Source of the DNA: Octopus bimaculoides
Taxonomy: Eukaryota
Assembly (NCBI RefSeq): GCF_001194135.2
Contig: NC_068991.1
Span: 7,358,008-7,422,007 of the forward strand
Length of the DNA stretch: 64,000 bases
Direction of reading: 5' to 3'
The notes below the pieces were generated by a model, which worked only from the letters and a program-made list of their open reading frames with translations, ran no database searches and had not been told where the DNA came from. A program made the position numbers and the translations under genes. Positions 1 through 12,972 of this stretch are shown piece after piece (position 1 is the stretch's first letter; every line of letters begins with the position of its first letter).

Positions 1-330
1 CACATTTCTCTCCTACAACATCACTATTCTCTCTCCTACACTGTCTTGCAACACGAAATACCTCGAGTCTTTGGTCCTCACGGCGCAGAACATTGGCAAA
101 TCTTTCCTTATCTGCTTCCCCTCTGGCTAAATAAACCTGTCGCCTAGCCTCCCTTCTGGCACATTGGTACAATTCCCTGCTACCATCGTTCTTCCAGTCC
201 TTCCAAGCCTGTTTCTTTTGTCTAATAGCCCTGTCTACCTCCTTGTTCCACCACCACGTTACTCTGGGTTGGGAGGGGACCTTACACCACCCACAAATCT
301 GGTCGGTGGCATTTCTGTTGAAATGCATAA
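1..330 (-). mobile_element. RTE-clade LINE fragment (linker between endonuclease and RT domains), degenerate
   Basis: Minus-strand translation gives ...PRVTWWWNKEVDRAIRQKKQAWKDWK...ARREARRQVYLARGEADKERFANVLRREDQRLEVFRVARQ..., typical of RTE ORF2. Continues beyond the window start. Confidence 0.75.
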
Positions 331-1543
331 CCTTTGCTTTGATTGATACTGAATGAAAAATTTAGTAAAGTAGCTACTTTTATTGCTGTTTTTTTTATTC
401 TCTCCAATGTCTGTACAATTGATTGATAGAATTCATGGCAATGACAAGTTTTAGCTACCACTGGAAAATCTAGCAATGTCTACACATATAAATTCTAGAC
501 ATTTCCACCAAATCCTGCATCAAGCTGATGTTTTGACATTTATATTCCTTGGATTACTCTAAGGTGCAATGTATAGTTATCACCATCGTTGGCGGTGGCA
601 GTGGCGTCATTTAATGTCCATTCTCCATACAAGCATGGCTGTGTGATGATTTGACAGGATCTGATGAGTCCAAGGACTCCATTGTGCTCCAGTGTTTGTT
701 TTGGCATGGTTTCTACAGTCAAATGCCCTTTTAACGACAATGTCAACAAATTGTAACAGTTATATGTAATGATTATGCTGCATTGATGCATCAAATAAAT
801 GATTGAAGAAGAATAATATCAATTGCTTATTGAGATGGCTATTTTATTAATATGATTATTATGTTGTTAGAATATCTTAAAATGCAGCTTCTTCAATTGT
901 TTATTGTTATGGCCTATTGTATATGGCATTTAGCTTCATCTGTGAGTTACTACTAGATATATATATATAGTAATACAGTTTAGCTAGATAGAAGGAATGA
1001 TACTTCTTGAGTTGCATATGACAGGCTATATTTGAAGTGAGGAAGAAAGGTATGTGCTCTTTGGTTAGGCACTAAGTGATCAAAGAAAAAGAATTAATTG
1101 CCTGATGCATTTTTATATTTTTCTAATTAAACTAAGCCAAGCTAAAAACAAAAGATTTTTCCACTGTATCAGTTCTGACTCATGTATGACTCATGAAAGA
1201 TCAAGAGATCGACTTATTGTCATAAATTTCCTGGTGTAACAGATGAAAACAATAGACTGAGGACTTGTAAATTGTGAATTAGAGTTTTGAATTCTAGCTT
1301 AGAAATTTGGTACTGTTTGCTACACCCTTCCTAATAATAACCACTTTATACCATGTATTGGGTACCTTTCTCATGCCACCAGCACCAGTGAGGTCATCAT
1401 ACTGATTGCAGTCTGACAAATTCAAAGAGGAGATGAGGGTTAAGGTATGAGAGAAGGAAGTGAGGCAGAATAGGTTCTTGTTTTAGGCTACTCACATTTA
1501 GGAAACAGAAATGAAATGAATTTTTACTGTTTTATAATTTCAG

Positions 1544-1849
1544 GTGACATTGGAACTTGTGACAGTGAAGGACACTATACAATTGTTAACACAGTCAAAA
1601 CATTAATTAAGTATAAGGGGTGCCAGGTGAGGTATCTTGCTTATTTCTTCACGTTTCATTTAAGATTTGTTTTGTATTTTCATGCTAAGAAATTGTTTGA
1701 AACTTGTAACTGTAGCCTACATTGACTGGGTTTATAGAAAGAATGCAACAAAGTTGCATTCTACTTCATGGATTTTCACCTGTCACAGGAGGTTTTGGAA
1801 TCTAACACCTGCGATAGTCAAGGGATTACTGTATGCATATATATATATA

Positions 1850-1897
<48 letters not shown>

Positions 1898-3052
1898 TTT
1901 AATCAAAAGATTAAATGTGGTCCTTAAAATGTTTGTGGCACCAGAATTTGGTAGGGTAAAATCCCAAAACAAAATCAAGAGATTTAGTGAATTAAATTTG
2001 AAGAAAAGCAACAAAAATGTATTAGATTATAGCAGTACGTACGTTTTGTACAAGCTTCATTTATTTATGTAGTGAGAACACCACATAAGATGTGCAATGA
2101 AAATGTACTCCACAGCTGCATAATGAAAGTTCATTTCAGAAAGTTATTTTGTAAATGTGTGCAAATACAAGAGTAGGAGATGAAGAGAATACCATCTTGA
2201 GTGGGCTGTTAATCAACAATCTGGTTTACATTCTGTAGGTTTCTCCTGAGGAAATTGAAGACCTTCTTCTACAACACCCAGCTGTCTTAGATGTTGCTGT
2301 GTTTGGCTTGCCCGATAAAGAAGCTGGTGAAGTACCAACGGCTCTGGTTGTCCAGCAAAGGAAAGTTGACCAGAAAGAACTACAAAATTTCGTACAAGGT
2401 TCGATTTTTAAAACATTACATATATAGCCTGTGATAGTCTTCTACATGGCCAGCTCCTGTCAACCGTCCTACCTCTGTATGCATGGAATCATTAGCACGC
2501 CCAGTGAAATGCTTGGCAGTATTTCGTCTGTCTTTACATTCTGAGTTCAAATTCTGCCAAGGTTGACTTTGCCTTGTATCCTTTTGGGGTCGATGAAATA
2601 AGTACCAGTTGCATACCGGGGTTGATCTAATCGACTGCCCCCCCACCCCACTCTCCCAAAATTTCAGGCCTTGTTCCTAGAGTAGAAAAGAATCATTAAC
2701 ATACTGAACAAAATGCTTAGTGGCATTTCGCCCGTTGCTGCACCGCCAAGGTAGACTTTGCCTTTCATCCTTTCAGGGTTGATGAATTAAGTACCAGTGA
2801 AACACTGGGGTCAATGTAATTGACTATCCCAATTCCCCCAAATTTCAGGCCTTGTGCTTATAATAGAAAGGATTATTAGATGGATTAGTTAAAAAATTGG
2901 TTTTTCTATTTATTTTTCCAGACAATGCAGCATCATACAAGCAGCTGAGAGGTGGCATTAAGTTTCACACAGAAATCCCTCGTCTACCAGATGGAACTAT
3001 ATCACGACAAAAGATTCGTGACTGGTTTTTGGAATTTCATAAAAGAGCTTAA
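1544..3052 (+). CDS. Luciferase/4-coumarate-CoA-ligase-like acyl-CoA synthetase (ANL superfamily), 3' partial: last 3 exons
   Basis: Exons 1544-1626, 2239-2398, 2922-3052; GT-AG introns, phases consistent. Translation: GDIGTCDSEGHYTIVNTVKTLIKYKGCQ|VSPEEIEDLLLQHPAVLDVAVFGLPDKEAGEVPTALVVQQRKVDQKELQNFVQ|DNAASYKQLRGGIKFHTEIPRLPDGTISRQKIRDWFLEFHKRA*. Collinear with the firefly luciferase/4CL C-terminus. No upstream exon found inside the window. Confidence 0.9.
1856..1894. repeat. (TA)n microsatellite
   Basis: Direct dinucleotide run; one of many in the window. Confidence 0.95.
2486..2880 (+). mobile_element. Two tandem copies of tRNA-derived SINE family A
   Basis: Contain ttagcacgcc...gaaatgctt...ttctgagttcaaatt...gactttgcctttcatcctttc.gggt.gat...aagtaccag...agagtagaaaag. 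The same sequence recurs at 3567, 10810, 21300, 27914, 30050, 32330, 36335, 38695, 57782 and 62410. Confidence 0.85.
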
Positions 3053-3764
3053 ATATATTTACTATAATATCAAGTATATTTCTGAGAAACATTCCATGTA
3101 AAANNNNNNNNNNNNNNNNNNNNNNNNNNNNNNNNNNNNNNNNNNNNNNNNNNNNNNNNNNNNNNNNNNNNNNNNNNNNNNNNNNNNNNNNNNNNNNNNN
3201 NNNNNNNNNNNNNNNNNNNNNNNNNNNNNNNNNNNNNNNNNNNNNNNNNNNNNNNNNNNNNNNNNNNNNNNNNNNNNNNNNNNNNNNNNNNNNNNNNNNC
3301 AGTATTAGTTTTTAAATATTTTAGATATTAAATAACCTGTTACAACAATGCTCTTTCCCACTCATCTCTTATAACTTGTGCAAAGGACAAACAACTTTAG
3401 TCTTTTAACAAATGGATTTTGTTATAATTTTTAAATGTTTTTTTTTAATTAAAATGTTTGTTGTATATTTTTAAATTTCTAAAATACTTTAATAAGCTAC
3501 ATAATTTTAAAATCTGTGCCCCCTGTTTCTATAAGGATTCTATTATTAATATTTTCTTATAGTTACGGCAGTGAGCTGGCAGAATCGTTAGCATGCTGGG
3601 CAAAATGCTTAGTGGCATGTCGTCTGTCTTTATATTCCGAGTTCAAATTCCACTGAATTTGACTTTGCCTTTCATCCTTTTGACATCAATAAAATAGGTA
3701 CCAGCTGAGGTCGATATAATTAACTTAACCCCTCCCACTGAACTTGCTGGCCTCGTGCCAAAAT

Positions 3765-3965
3765 TTGTGTGACATGCAGCTGAGCGTTGTCGTGAAGAAT
3801 TGGTCCTTTTCTATTGACCAATGCTGGCTGTTGTTGTCGGAGTTTCTTATGCATTTCATCCATTTGCTGACAGTACTTCTGTAATGGTTTCACCTGGATC
3901 CAAAAAAGCTGTGATGAATGAAACCAGCCACAGACCACCAAACAGTCACCATGACCTTCTTTGCA
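3765..3965 (-). mobile_element. Mariner (Tc1/mariner) transposase fragment, frameshifted
   Basis: Minus strand reads KYCQQMDEMHKKLRQQQPALVNRKGPILHDNA(Q)LHV, containing the mariner LHDNARPH catalytic-domain motif. Confidence 0.85.
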
Positions 3966-4706
3966 CCACATATATGTCGTCCTCTCTTTCAGATTTTCTA
4001 TCACTACTCTTGTGGCCTCCAGTCTTCAAAGTTGGTTGTTGTCATACCACTTCCTCTCAGACACTCATAACACACTTATCTTTCCTGCTCTTCTCACTCA
4101 TATTCTCTCCCACCTGCCCAACCTACACAAATCACTACACTCAGTTTTTATTCTTGTCTAGAATGTCATCATCATCTAACATCCATTAGATAGCATAACT
4201 ATCTAAAACTTGTCTGGTATTTTATTTTATTGACCCTGGAAGAATTAAAAAGAAATTTGACTGATTTGTTTTTTTCAAATCCTTCCCAAATCATACAGAC
4301 TCATAGAGCTGGTTCCTCTGGTGTATATATTCCTCACCTGGATGGGATGCCTGCCCATTACAGGATTACCCATTTTTACCAGCCAAGTGGACTGGACCAA
4401 CATGAAATGAAATTTTTTTACTCAAGAATACGTGTTGCTTAGTTCAGAAACAGAAACCACAATCTTACAACCATGAGTCCAACACTCTAACCACTAAACC
4501 ATGCACCTCCACAAGATTTGAACTCCTGAACTCCAATCATACAGAGCAGGAATAAATACTGCAAAGTATTTTATCCAATGCTCAAACAAGCCACCATCTT
4601 AAAACATGTTAATCACAAAATATAACAACTAAACAAAGAAAATTCCCCCAAAGAAATCATTAACAGTTATTAAAATATTTTTCCGTAAAAATCACAATTA
4701 ATCACA

Positions 4707-4712
4707 TTTATT
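4707..4712 (-). terminator. Candidate polyadenylation signal of DNAJC17
   Basis: AATAAA on the minus strand ~150 nt downstream of the stop codon at 4859-4861. Confidence 0.45.
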
Positions 4713-4858
4713 ATTATTATTTTATTAGATTAATTAGCCTCTTCACGGAAGAGAAAGTCATTTGACAAAATATCAAATCGGCATGTAAACAAAGAAACAA
4801 TTGTTTACTGTATCAGAATGTTCCTGAACAAAGCAAAAATAGCTGTTTTAGATCGGAG

Positions 4859-5031
4859 CTAAGTCTCTGCTTCATCTTCCTTCATTATCTGTTCAGTAAG
4901 TCTTTTTCTTTCTTCAGCCTGTCGAAGTTTACGCAGAACCAAACTTTCAAAGGCTCTTTCATCAGAGGTCATTGGCTGGTAAGAATTAGCTTGATAAGAA
5001 TTAGCCTGGAAAGCCAACGGAGTTGGTATCT

Positions 5032-5063
<32 letters not shown>

Positions 5064-8000
5064 GGATATATACATGTCAACAGGTGTAAGCTATACAATA
5101 GATTTTAATGAAATAAAAAGTATGAATGCAAAAAATATTTAGAGGATTTCCATAATCTATTCCCATATGCTTCTATTAATATGGAGATATTATTAATTTC
5201 ACTCAATATCTAATAAAGTACTAGTCAAAATGGCAGTACACAAGTTTGAACATTGGAAAATCAAGACATCAGTTAAGCTAAAGAAACACAAATTTTACCA
5301 GTAAAACTAAAATGTATGAAAGTCTAACTCACTTTGTGAGGCATCTTTTTTGTTTCATTTTCGCATTCAGGCACAGTAGATGGAGGTGGTGCATCTATCC
5401 ATGACAAAGTTAATGGATTGTTCTCAAGTCCATGTTCACACAATAAGGCTTTTTGCTGCATAAGTCAGAAAAAAATTATATCTGTGTTTAAAGAAAACAG
5501 AAATATGAATACAATCTATAGTCTTACAGTTCAAATAACTCTCCTACATCTCTAAAACACACACACAACCTTTATTTAATATGAATGGAACTTGAGGGAG
5601 TAAATGTGAGCAAAAATCATGATCTACAAGTCTTTACAATCAATTGCTTTGTAGTTACACACCAGAAAAGAACCCCCACTTCTATTTATGTATGTGGTGG
5701 TATGTTTGTTTTTTTCTTACTTACAAAATCATACACAAGACAGACCTGCACAAGAAGGATGAAATAATGAAAAACAGTCACATCATCATCATCATTTCAA
5801 CCCTTTAGCATTCGCATTATTCTGTCAAAATGTAATGCTCATTTTATCAAATGATATTGTTGGGTTGGTGAGGGAGGCCACATCTGTCCATTTTGAACAT
5901 AAAACAGGTACAATATTTGGGTCGGATATGGCCTGTTTAAATACTAAAGAGTTTAATGTCCTACCTGCTATGCTTGCATGGGTTGGACAGAATTTACTGA
6001 GATGGATTTTCTATGGCTGAATGCCTTTCCTGTCACCAACCCTCACCTGTTCCCAAACAATGGGAACATATCTGTTTTAGCATGGTTGCTGTGACTGGAT
6101 GCGTCTCCTAACACCAGCCACTTCAAAGAGTGTACCTAGTACTTTTTATGTGGCACCAGCACTTGTGAAGTTACCAAGTCACATGCAAGACAAGACGCCC
6201 CAACAGAGGGAGCAGGGTGCAGTACTGAAGGAGGTGGTTGAATGATGAGAGGTTAAAACATGCGGTTCGGGGTGCGAGTCATAGGGAACGACCGTCCGAT
6301 CGCCGACTACCCTACATAGTAGTCTGGACCCCCTTGGNNNNNNNNNNNNNNNNNNNNNNNNNNNNNNNNNNNNNNNNNNNNNNNNNNNNNNNNNNNNNNN
6401 NNNNNNNNNNNNNNNNNNNNNNNNNNNNNNNNNNNNNTCGGCAGAAAGGAGAGGCAAGGACATGCCTTCGAGTCGGAGAGCTCGGCGTAGCGTCGGCGCG
6501 GGCGAGGATACCGATCGGTCGATGGCGACAGCACGAACAGTGTCTAGCAGTCTAAGAGATACATGGCTACTCCAGTCGGAAAAGAGGAGAAAATGGTGAA
6601 GACCTGTCAGAGTGACTAAGTCTGTAGAATACAAAATAAAATGTGTAATCCAAAATATAACAATAAACTTATCAAAAATATTTATTTTAACTTACAGCCA
6701 TAGTCAGGGACTTGAACTCCACAATTCCACTGCCATTTTTCTTACTTGATACAACCAGGGCAGTAACTTCCCCATACTTCAAAGAAACAGAATTACAATG
6801 GCATTTAAAGACAGTCATAAGCATCTGAAAATTTAATTCGAGAAACCTACAAAAATATGAATAATGTGATTGAAGCTACTCTTCAGAATCTAAATGTATA
6901 TTTGAAGATCTTACCTTAGAAAACAATTCCTCCAAAATATCTGCTGTATAGCCACCATTTGAAATATCTCCTTTCTTGGATTTCCATTTGATCTTTGAGA
7001 AAAAGAAATAATTTATGCTATATTTAATCAAGACAGTTTCAGATTCCTTCCAGTTTCTCAAATTATTTGAAGTACACTTCAGTCACCAAACAGACTTTCT
7101 CATTTTATTTGCAGAGGAATCAGAGTTGATAACATTGTGACATATTGGTGAATGAGTTGCTCTGACCTCCTCTATTTGATAGTTTCTTATTCTGGAGAAA
7201 CAGAATGCATATTGCTTCATTGGATTGATGCAAATGACCAAAAAAATAGAATTGTATCTTAAAGCTTTTCTCTCGGGAATTTGATAGGAAAAACACATCT
7301 GCAACCATGTCTAAAACAGGTCACCTTAACTGCACTTAGCTGTCAACCAAACAATGCAATTTGATGAGAACTTACAAGAAACAAGCAAATAGACTGAGTT
7401 GCTTTCCCTCGAATCAGAAAATATCAACCTAAATTTATGGCATGCTACAAACTACAGTTAATACCAGTCACATTCACGGTTAACTCAACAGTAAAAGTTA
7501 CAAATATTACATATATAATTACAAACATGTTTTTCTTCAAAAATAGTCAAATAGATTTAAAATTAAATTACCTTTAATCGGGGAAGAAGCTCTGATGAAG
7601 CTAAACACAAAAAGAAATATAATCTACATATAAATGATATAAGGAAATAGTTCATGACATAGCAACAATACAAGCGACTAAATGATAACTATATAAGCTC
7701 ACATGTAACTTATAGTTACATGTCCATACATAGCTAACTATACTTATAAATTGGTAACTCCGCTTCACTAATGTAATACTTGTAGACTATTTTTGAAAAA
7801 TACAATGGAGACATAGTCATTTAATACAACAAATAATACCATAAATACAGAAAGTGAAACATGATAGATAATTACTCATAAATATTCATGAATAAATTGT
7901 ACGCCTAATTAGTATTTATTTTTGTACATTTTTTTTCTTCTTCATAGTTTCACATCCCAGTTATTTTTCAGTTAAAATCAAGTATAAAATATTGTGGCTT

Positions 8001-11000
8001 ATATGGTAATACTTTAGATTTATGAAACAATGTACATACCTTACTTTCATAGACAGATTTCTTTATATCTGAACACTAACATTTTTTTTCTTGAAATACA
8101 TATACTTTGAGCATTTCTTTTAACATTGGATATATTATTGGCATTATTCCATGGCAACATAAAAAGCACTGGTGATGGTACCATGTAAAAAGCAGCCAGT
8201 ACACTCTGTAAAGTGATTGGCATTAGGAAAGGCATTCGGTTGTAGAAACCAAGCCAAAACAGACTGTGGATTCTAGCCAAAACAGACTGTGGATTCTAGC
8301 CAAAACTGTGCTGGTGCCATGTAAAAAGCACTCAGTTCACTCTGTAGTGTGGTTGGTGTTAGAAAGGGCATCCAGCCATATAAACCATATCAAAACAGAC
8401 ACAGTAGCCTGGTGTCTTCACCCTGGCTGGCTCCTATCAAACCATCCAACCCATGCCAGTATGGAAGACAGACATTAAACAATGATGATGATGATCGGTG
8501 GCACGTAAAAGCACCCACTACACTCTTGGAGTGGTTGGCGTTAGGAAGGGCATCCAGCTGTAGAAACTCTGCCAAATCAGATTGGAGCCTGATACAGCCA
8601 TCTGGTTCGCCAGTCCTCAGTCAAATCGTCCAACCCATGCTAGCATGGAAAGTGGATGTTAAACGATGATGATGATAATATATAAAGAAATACATTACTA
8701 ATTACTTTGATTTGTCTTGGGTTTTGACTCTTCCTCATTCATTTTTTCCTGCCTCATTTGTTCGTTTAGATATTCTTGTTCTTCAGCCAATAATTTAGAA
8801 CCTTCTTTCTGTAAACGTTCAATCTGCAAAACAATACAGGAAAAAAATTGAATCATCAGTTTAAGGTTCATAACAAATATCTATCATTCTTCATTTTTTA
8901 ATCAAATTCATTCAGGTGCTGTTAGTCTTCTTAATTTTCACAATTCACATTCATAAATCAAAATATTTCTAGTAATCAAACAAAACTTTCATATAAGTCA
9001 GCATCAAATCAGCAATGCAAAATGTCTCATCATATCCAGCAAAATCATCTTCCTCATTTTATTACTGTGTAAAGGCTATTTATTTAAAAGCCTATTTTTG
9101 ATGTCCAATTTCCCATTACCCACCAATAAATAAAGAGGTTACAATAGTTTTTAGGAAAAAAGTCATATTCCTCACCTCAGCTTGTAAATTTATATACGAC
9201 GCTGCTTCTTTAGCTCTTTGTTGCTCATAGGCATTTTCTCGGGCTTCTAAGTCTTGAAAATATAAAAAATATGGAACTTTACGTTGATGACAAGAATAAA
9301 TGTTTAATATTTTGGAATGATTTTTCTCCTTTTATTCTGGGGCAGTTGTTTAACCTCTTAGCATTAACATTACTTTGTTAAAATTAATGCTTTTTTTTTT
9401 TTATTCACATTGTTTTAAATTAATCATGCATTATCTTACAGCTTTGAGATTTTGATGAGAATTTAACATAGAATTTACAATGATTATTAAGCAATAACTT
9501 TAAAAGCCAACCACTATATACAACATGTTAATTATTAACTAAGCATTCAAAACAAATCTAATATATTCATTTAGATTGCAAGCTATCAAATATGAATGAA
9601 ACCCTAAATAGTCCAAAAATATAACAATGATTTCTGATCATAGCAGCCTACTATTTGACAGGTGCAAGTGTGGGTGTGTGGTTAAGGAGCTTGTTACCAA
9701 TCATGCAGTCTTGGGTTCAGTCCTACTGTGTGGTACATTGGGCAAGTATCCTCTAATATATGTCAGATTATGAGAGGTTAGAGTATGATAGAGAGGCAGG
9801 TACAGATACATGTTACACGTTAAAATACATATGTTTTTATATAACAAAGTATAAGACATCAGTTTAAAACTATTTACCTTCTTTGAGTTTTCTCCGTTTA
9901 CTATCAAGTTCTTTATTTCTTACTATGGCAGCTTTTTTAGCTCGCCATATCTTGTCATACGCTGCCTGATAGAAAATATTTTATATATTTAATTGTGAAA
10001 TAAAATAGTCATTCAAGTATAAAAACATAAAAAATCAAAAGCATATTTATAAACAATAAGATGAAACACTGAACAGTTGTCTTTTCAATCATGTTACCCA
10101 CACTATATAGATATGTGTGTGTCAGTTGATACATCCATCTCTCTCTCTCTCTCTCTATACATTCACATGTTGCTATTATGTTAAACTGTCATATGCCCAA
10201 ATGTTTTTTTCAATATTTATTTTTGCTTGCATTAGCCGGTTCTTTTGGTGAAACTATTATCTCCAGTTGCTTCAGATGCCAAGATATCAAAAATTGTCAA
10301 GGTGTAGTACAATGGTTTTGCTATTTTCCCTCTGCCAAGAGCCACTCAGGAATGATGGGCTGAGAAAATGGATGGATGGAATTCTCACTATGTCACCAAC
10401 ATCATCATCATTTAACGTCTGCTTTCCATGTTGGCATGAGTTTGACGGTTTGACTGAGGACTGGCAAGCCAGGGGCTTGCACTAGGCTCCAATCTGATCT
10501 GGCAAAGTTTCTACATCTGGATGCCCTTCCTAACGCCAACAACTCAGAGTGTAGTGGTTGCCTTTAACATGCCACTGGCACGAGGGCCAGTCAGGCGATA
10601 CTGGCATTGACCACACTCAAATGATGCCTTTTACATGCCACCAGCATGAGAACCAGTCAGGCGGCACTGGCACGGGAGCCAATCAGTTTTGCACAAACAC
10701 ACTGAAAACTTACCTTTGCTGATGTATCGGTTAAAACTTCAAGAGCCTTGGATAACTGCTGAAACTCTAGTGCTAGAATATAAGAAGAGAAAGAAAAAAA
10801 AAAATCACAGTAATATTGATTTCAAATTTTGGCACAAAGCCAGCAATTTTGGGGAAGTGGGTAAGTTGATTCCATCAACTCCAGTGTTCAGCTGGTACTT
10901 ACTTTATCAACCCCAAAAGGATGAAAGGCAAAGTAGACCTCAACAGAATTTGAACTCAGAACATCAAAATGAATGAAATGCTACGAAGCATTTTGCCAGG

Positions 11001-12638
11001 CATGCTAATGATTCTGTCAACCTGCTTCCTCAGCCATCACATATTAGGAATTTCTTGTTCTTGAAATATTTTCATTTGTGTTAGCAGAAGTTGTATGCTC
11101 CTGTTAACTTAGACATTTGTGCTATTGTTTTATGTTAAATGAGAATAGCATCTATGGATGATTAGTAGAGTGCTTACTAAAACGTATTTGATCTGCTTGA
11201 AATAGCATCTAAATCTCTCTCCATGCCATACTGTCTTAAATAAGGACGACTAAAGTGGAGAAAGTAATCTGATGAACAAAAAGAGAGGATGGTCACAGCT
11301 AGAAAGGCTCCGATTGATCAAGGTAGACCTGGAGCTAAACAACAATTTATCCATCAAAAAAGCACCAATCTCAGGTTGTATCAGATTATTGATTTATTCT
11401 TCTCATCCTTAAACGAATGACCACTTTCCTGTTGCAGTAAGAGCTATCATAATGAAATCCTTTGAGAGACTGGCTTTGGCAAGCAAAAAATCCTTGCTGT
11501 CAATTTACCTATTGTGTAAATAAGTCTGCTGATGGTGCAATCTCAAAAATTTTCTGCTCTGCACTGAGCTAGGAACACACATATTAGATTACTGTTTGAT
11601 AACATCAGTTTAGAATCCAATACTGTTGTGTCCACTGAGTCAGCAATAGGTTATTTTTACATAACCACAACCAACTATTTATTTGTGTAATAATATTTTA
11701 CACCAGACGTGTATATCCACGTCATAACAGTTTGTTATTTTAAAATGTATAAATCATTATTACAATTTGGACTACAAAGAATTTTTCCAAATGGATTTCT
11801 CACCTGCATTTGCATTGTCTGGATTTTTATCAGGATGGCATTTCAGAGCTTTTTTTCTGTACGCTGAAATAATCTGGGGGGAAAAATAAAAGAACAAATA
11901 AACGTTATGTACAAGTAAAATTCCATTCAAACCTTTATTGCTTGTCGGTCTTCCTCTGAAACTTAGTTTAGTCATATTTATTAAAAGAGTCACTCTTTAA
12001 CTTGAAATATCGGTAAATCTTACCAATTAACGCAATATTTATAACAATTAAGTCTGAAAACAATGTTTAAAAAGGAGCGAAACTTGACTGGCGCCATCCT
12101 TTCTTTGCACCAAACATTATCCACTATTTCTTTCCATCACAGATCCACTTTAAAAAATACTTTATTAAAACCCGAAACAAAAAAGTAAACATCTTCTCTG
12201 ATTGTATAATCCAGTAAGACTACATACAAGTTCAAAATCCTTGCTACTAATACCGCATTTTGTCGATAAGCTGGAACATTTAAATTTGAATTCGAAGGTT
12301 GTAAATATTTTCGCAAACTTCCTCAGTTTCAAGCTAAAATATTAGCAAATCGCTCCATAGAGCTAAGGTTACCAAATAATAGAAGATTGACCAAATATTT
12401 CATTTAAGTTTATCCGGGAAGTGAAAGTAATATCGTAAATGTTTATAATTTCCGTTATTCCTTCTAATTATTCCCGATATGAATGGAACTGCAAATGACA
12501 TTTGTTTACTATTTCCCCTCAAATCGTACAATTTCTGTAGACAGGTTAAGAATAAAGCCATACCTCTTTCTTAGTGGCTGTTTCATCTATTTGAAGGAGT
12601 GAATATAGATCTAATTTTGTAATATCGCTTGCTGCCAT
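4859..12638 (-). CDS. DNAJC17: DnaJ homolog subfamily C member 17 (J domain + RRM), complete, 11 exons, 322 aa
   Basis: Exons (minus): 12564-12638, 11804-11873, 10714-10772, 9878-9965, 9176-9252, 8706-8823, 7572-7600, 6915-6992, 6696-6776, 5333-5455, 4859-5029. All introns GT-AG, phases consistent, 969 nt total. Starts MAASDITKLDLYSLL; HPD motif in CHPDKNPDN; RRM segment IKWKSKKGDISNGGY...YGEVTALVVSSKKNGSGIVEF; C-terminal FESLVLRKLRQAEERKRL matches vertebrate DNAJC17. Confidence 0.95.
5801..5952. mobile_element. piggyBac-like TTAA MITE (family 2), inserted in a SINE-B tail
   Basis: Ends CCCTTTAGCA...TACTAAAGAG, with TTAA-like flanks. Related to the copy at 59684-59904. Confidence 0.55.
8130..8680 (-). 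mobile_element. SINE family B ((CAT)n tail, RTE-related), two nested/tandem copies
   Basis: Contains aaaagcacccactacactc...gagtggttggcgttaggaagggcatccagctgtagaaac...ccaacccatgctagcatggaaag...ttaaacgatgatgatg. Recurs at 10402, 20200, 28810, 34352, 36968, 44245, 47696, 53390, 56570 and 61270. Confidence 0.85.
11400..11720 (+). mobile_element. Degenerate Rex1/CR1-group LINE RT fragment in DNAJC17 intron 2
   Basis: Reads NDHFPVAVRAIIMKSFERL...DGAIS...THIRLLF..., resembling the NDYRPVALTPIVMKCFERL...YVRMLF.DFSSAFNT pattern. Heavily mutated. Confidence 0.45.
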
Positions 12639-12936
12639 GGTTTGTAGTAAAATATTTGTTATTGTTGCATTAAAAGAAGACAAATGAATGAAAAATCGAA
12701 AGTTCCGGGAAAGCTACATGAAAGGGAGATAATAATATTTCAGCGAGAGTTGCGTAAATTATAATTTAATTTCATTCAAATTTTCGTCATGAATACATTT
12801 AATTTAATTTTATAAATAATAAAACGAATTATAAAATATAAATTTTTAAAAGAGAAGTAAAAAATAAACGATTTATAGTGATTTTTTTTGGCAGAGCCTC
12901 GTTTTCATATGAAAGTCTCACACGTGCCAACGACGT
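12639..12936. promoter_or_regulatory. Bidirectional promoter region shared by DNAJC17 (-) and RPL9 (+)
   Basis: Only ~300 bp separate the DNAJC17 ATG (12638) from the RPL9 TOP start (~12937). E-box CACGTG at 12921-12926. CpG dinucleotides are retained locally. Confidence 0.75.
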
Positions 12937-12972
12937 CTCTTCCTTTTAGTCGTACGGTGCTCCGTCGGGCAG
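12937..12972 (+). promoter_or_regulatory. RPL9: RPL9 non-coding exon 1 beginning with a 5'TOP tract
   Basis: CTCTTCCTTTT (12937-12947), then donor CAG|GTAGGT at 12973. Intron ends in a T-rich tract and TAG at 13861-13863, 11 nt before the ATG. Confidence 0.8.

Noticed and set aside
6259-6555. GC-rich island around a gap, suggesting foreign or horizontally transferred DNA
   Set aside because: It abuts the 100-N gap on both sides and its edges resemble a garbled version of the host repeat; most likely low-quality contig-end sequence.
8252-8306. 23-bp unit repeated ~2.4 times, superficially CRISPR-like
   Set aside because: No spacers; a simple slippage duplication inside a SINE in a eukaryotic intron.
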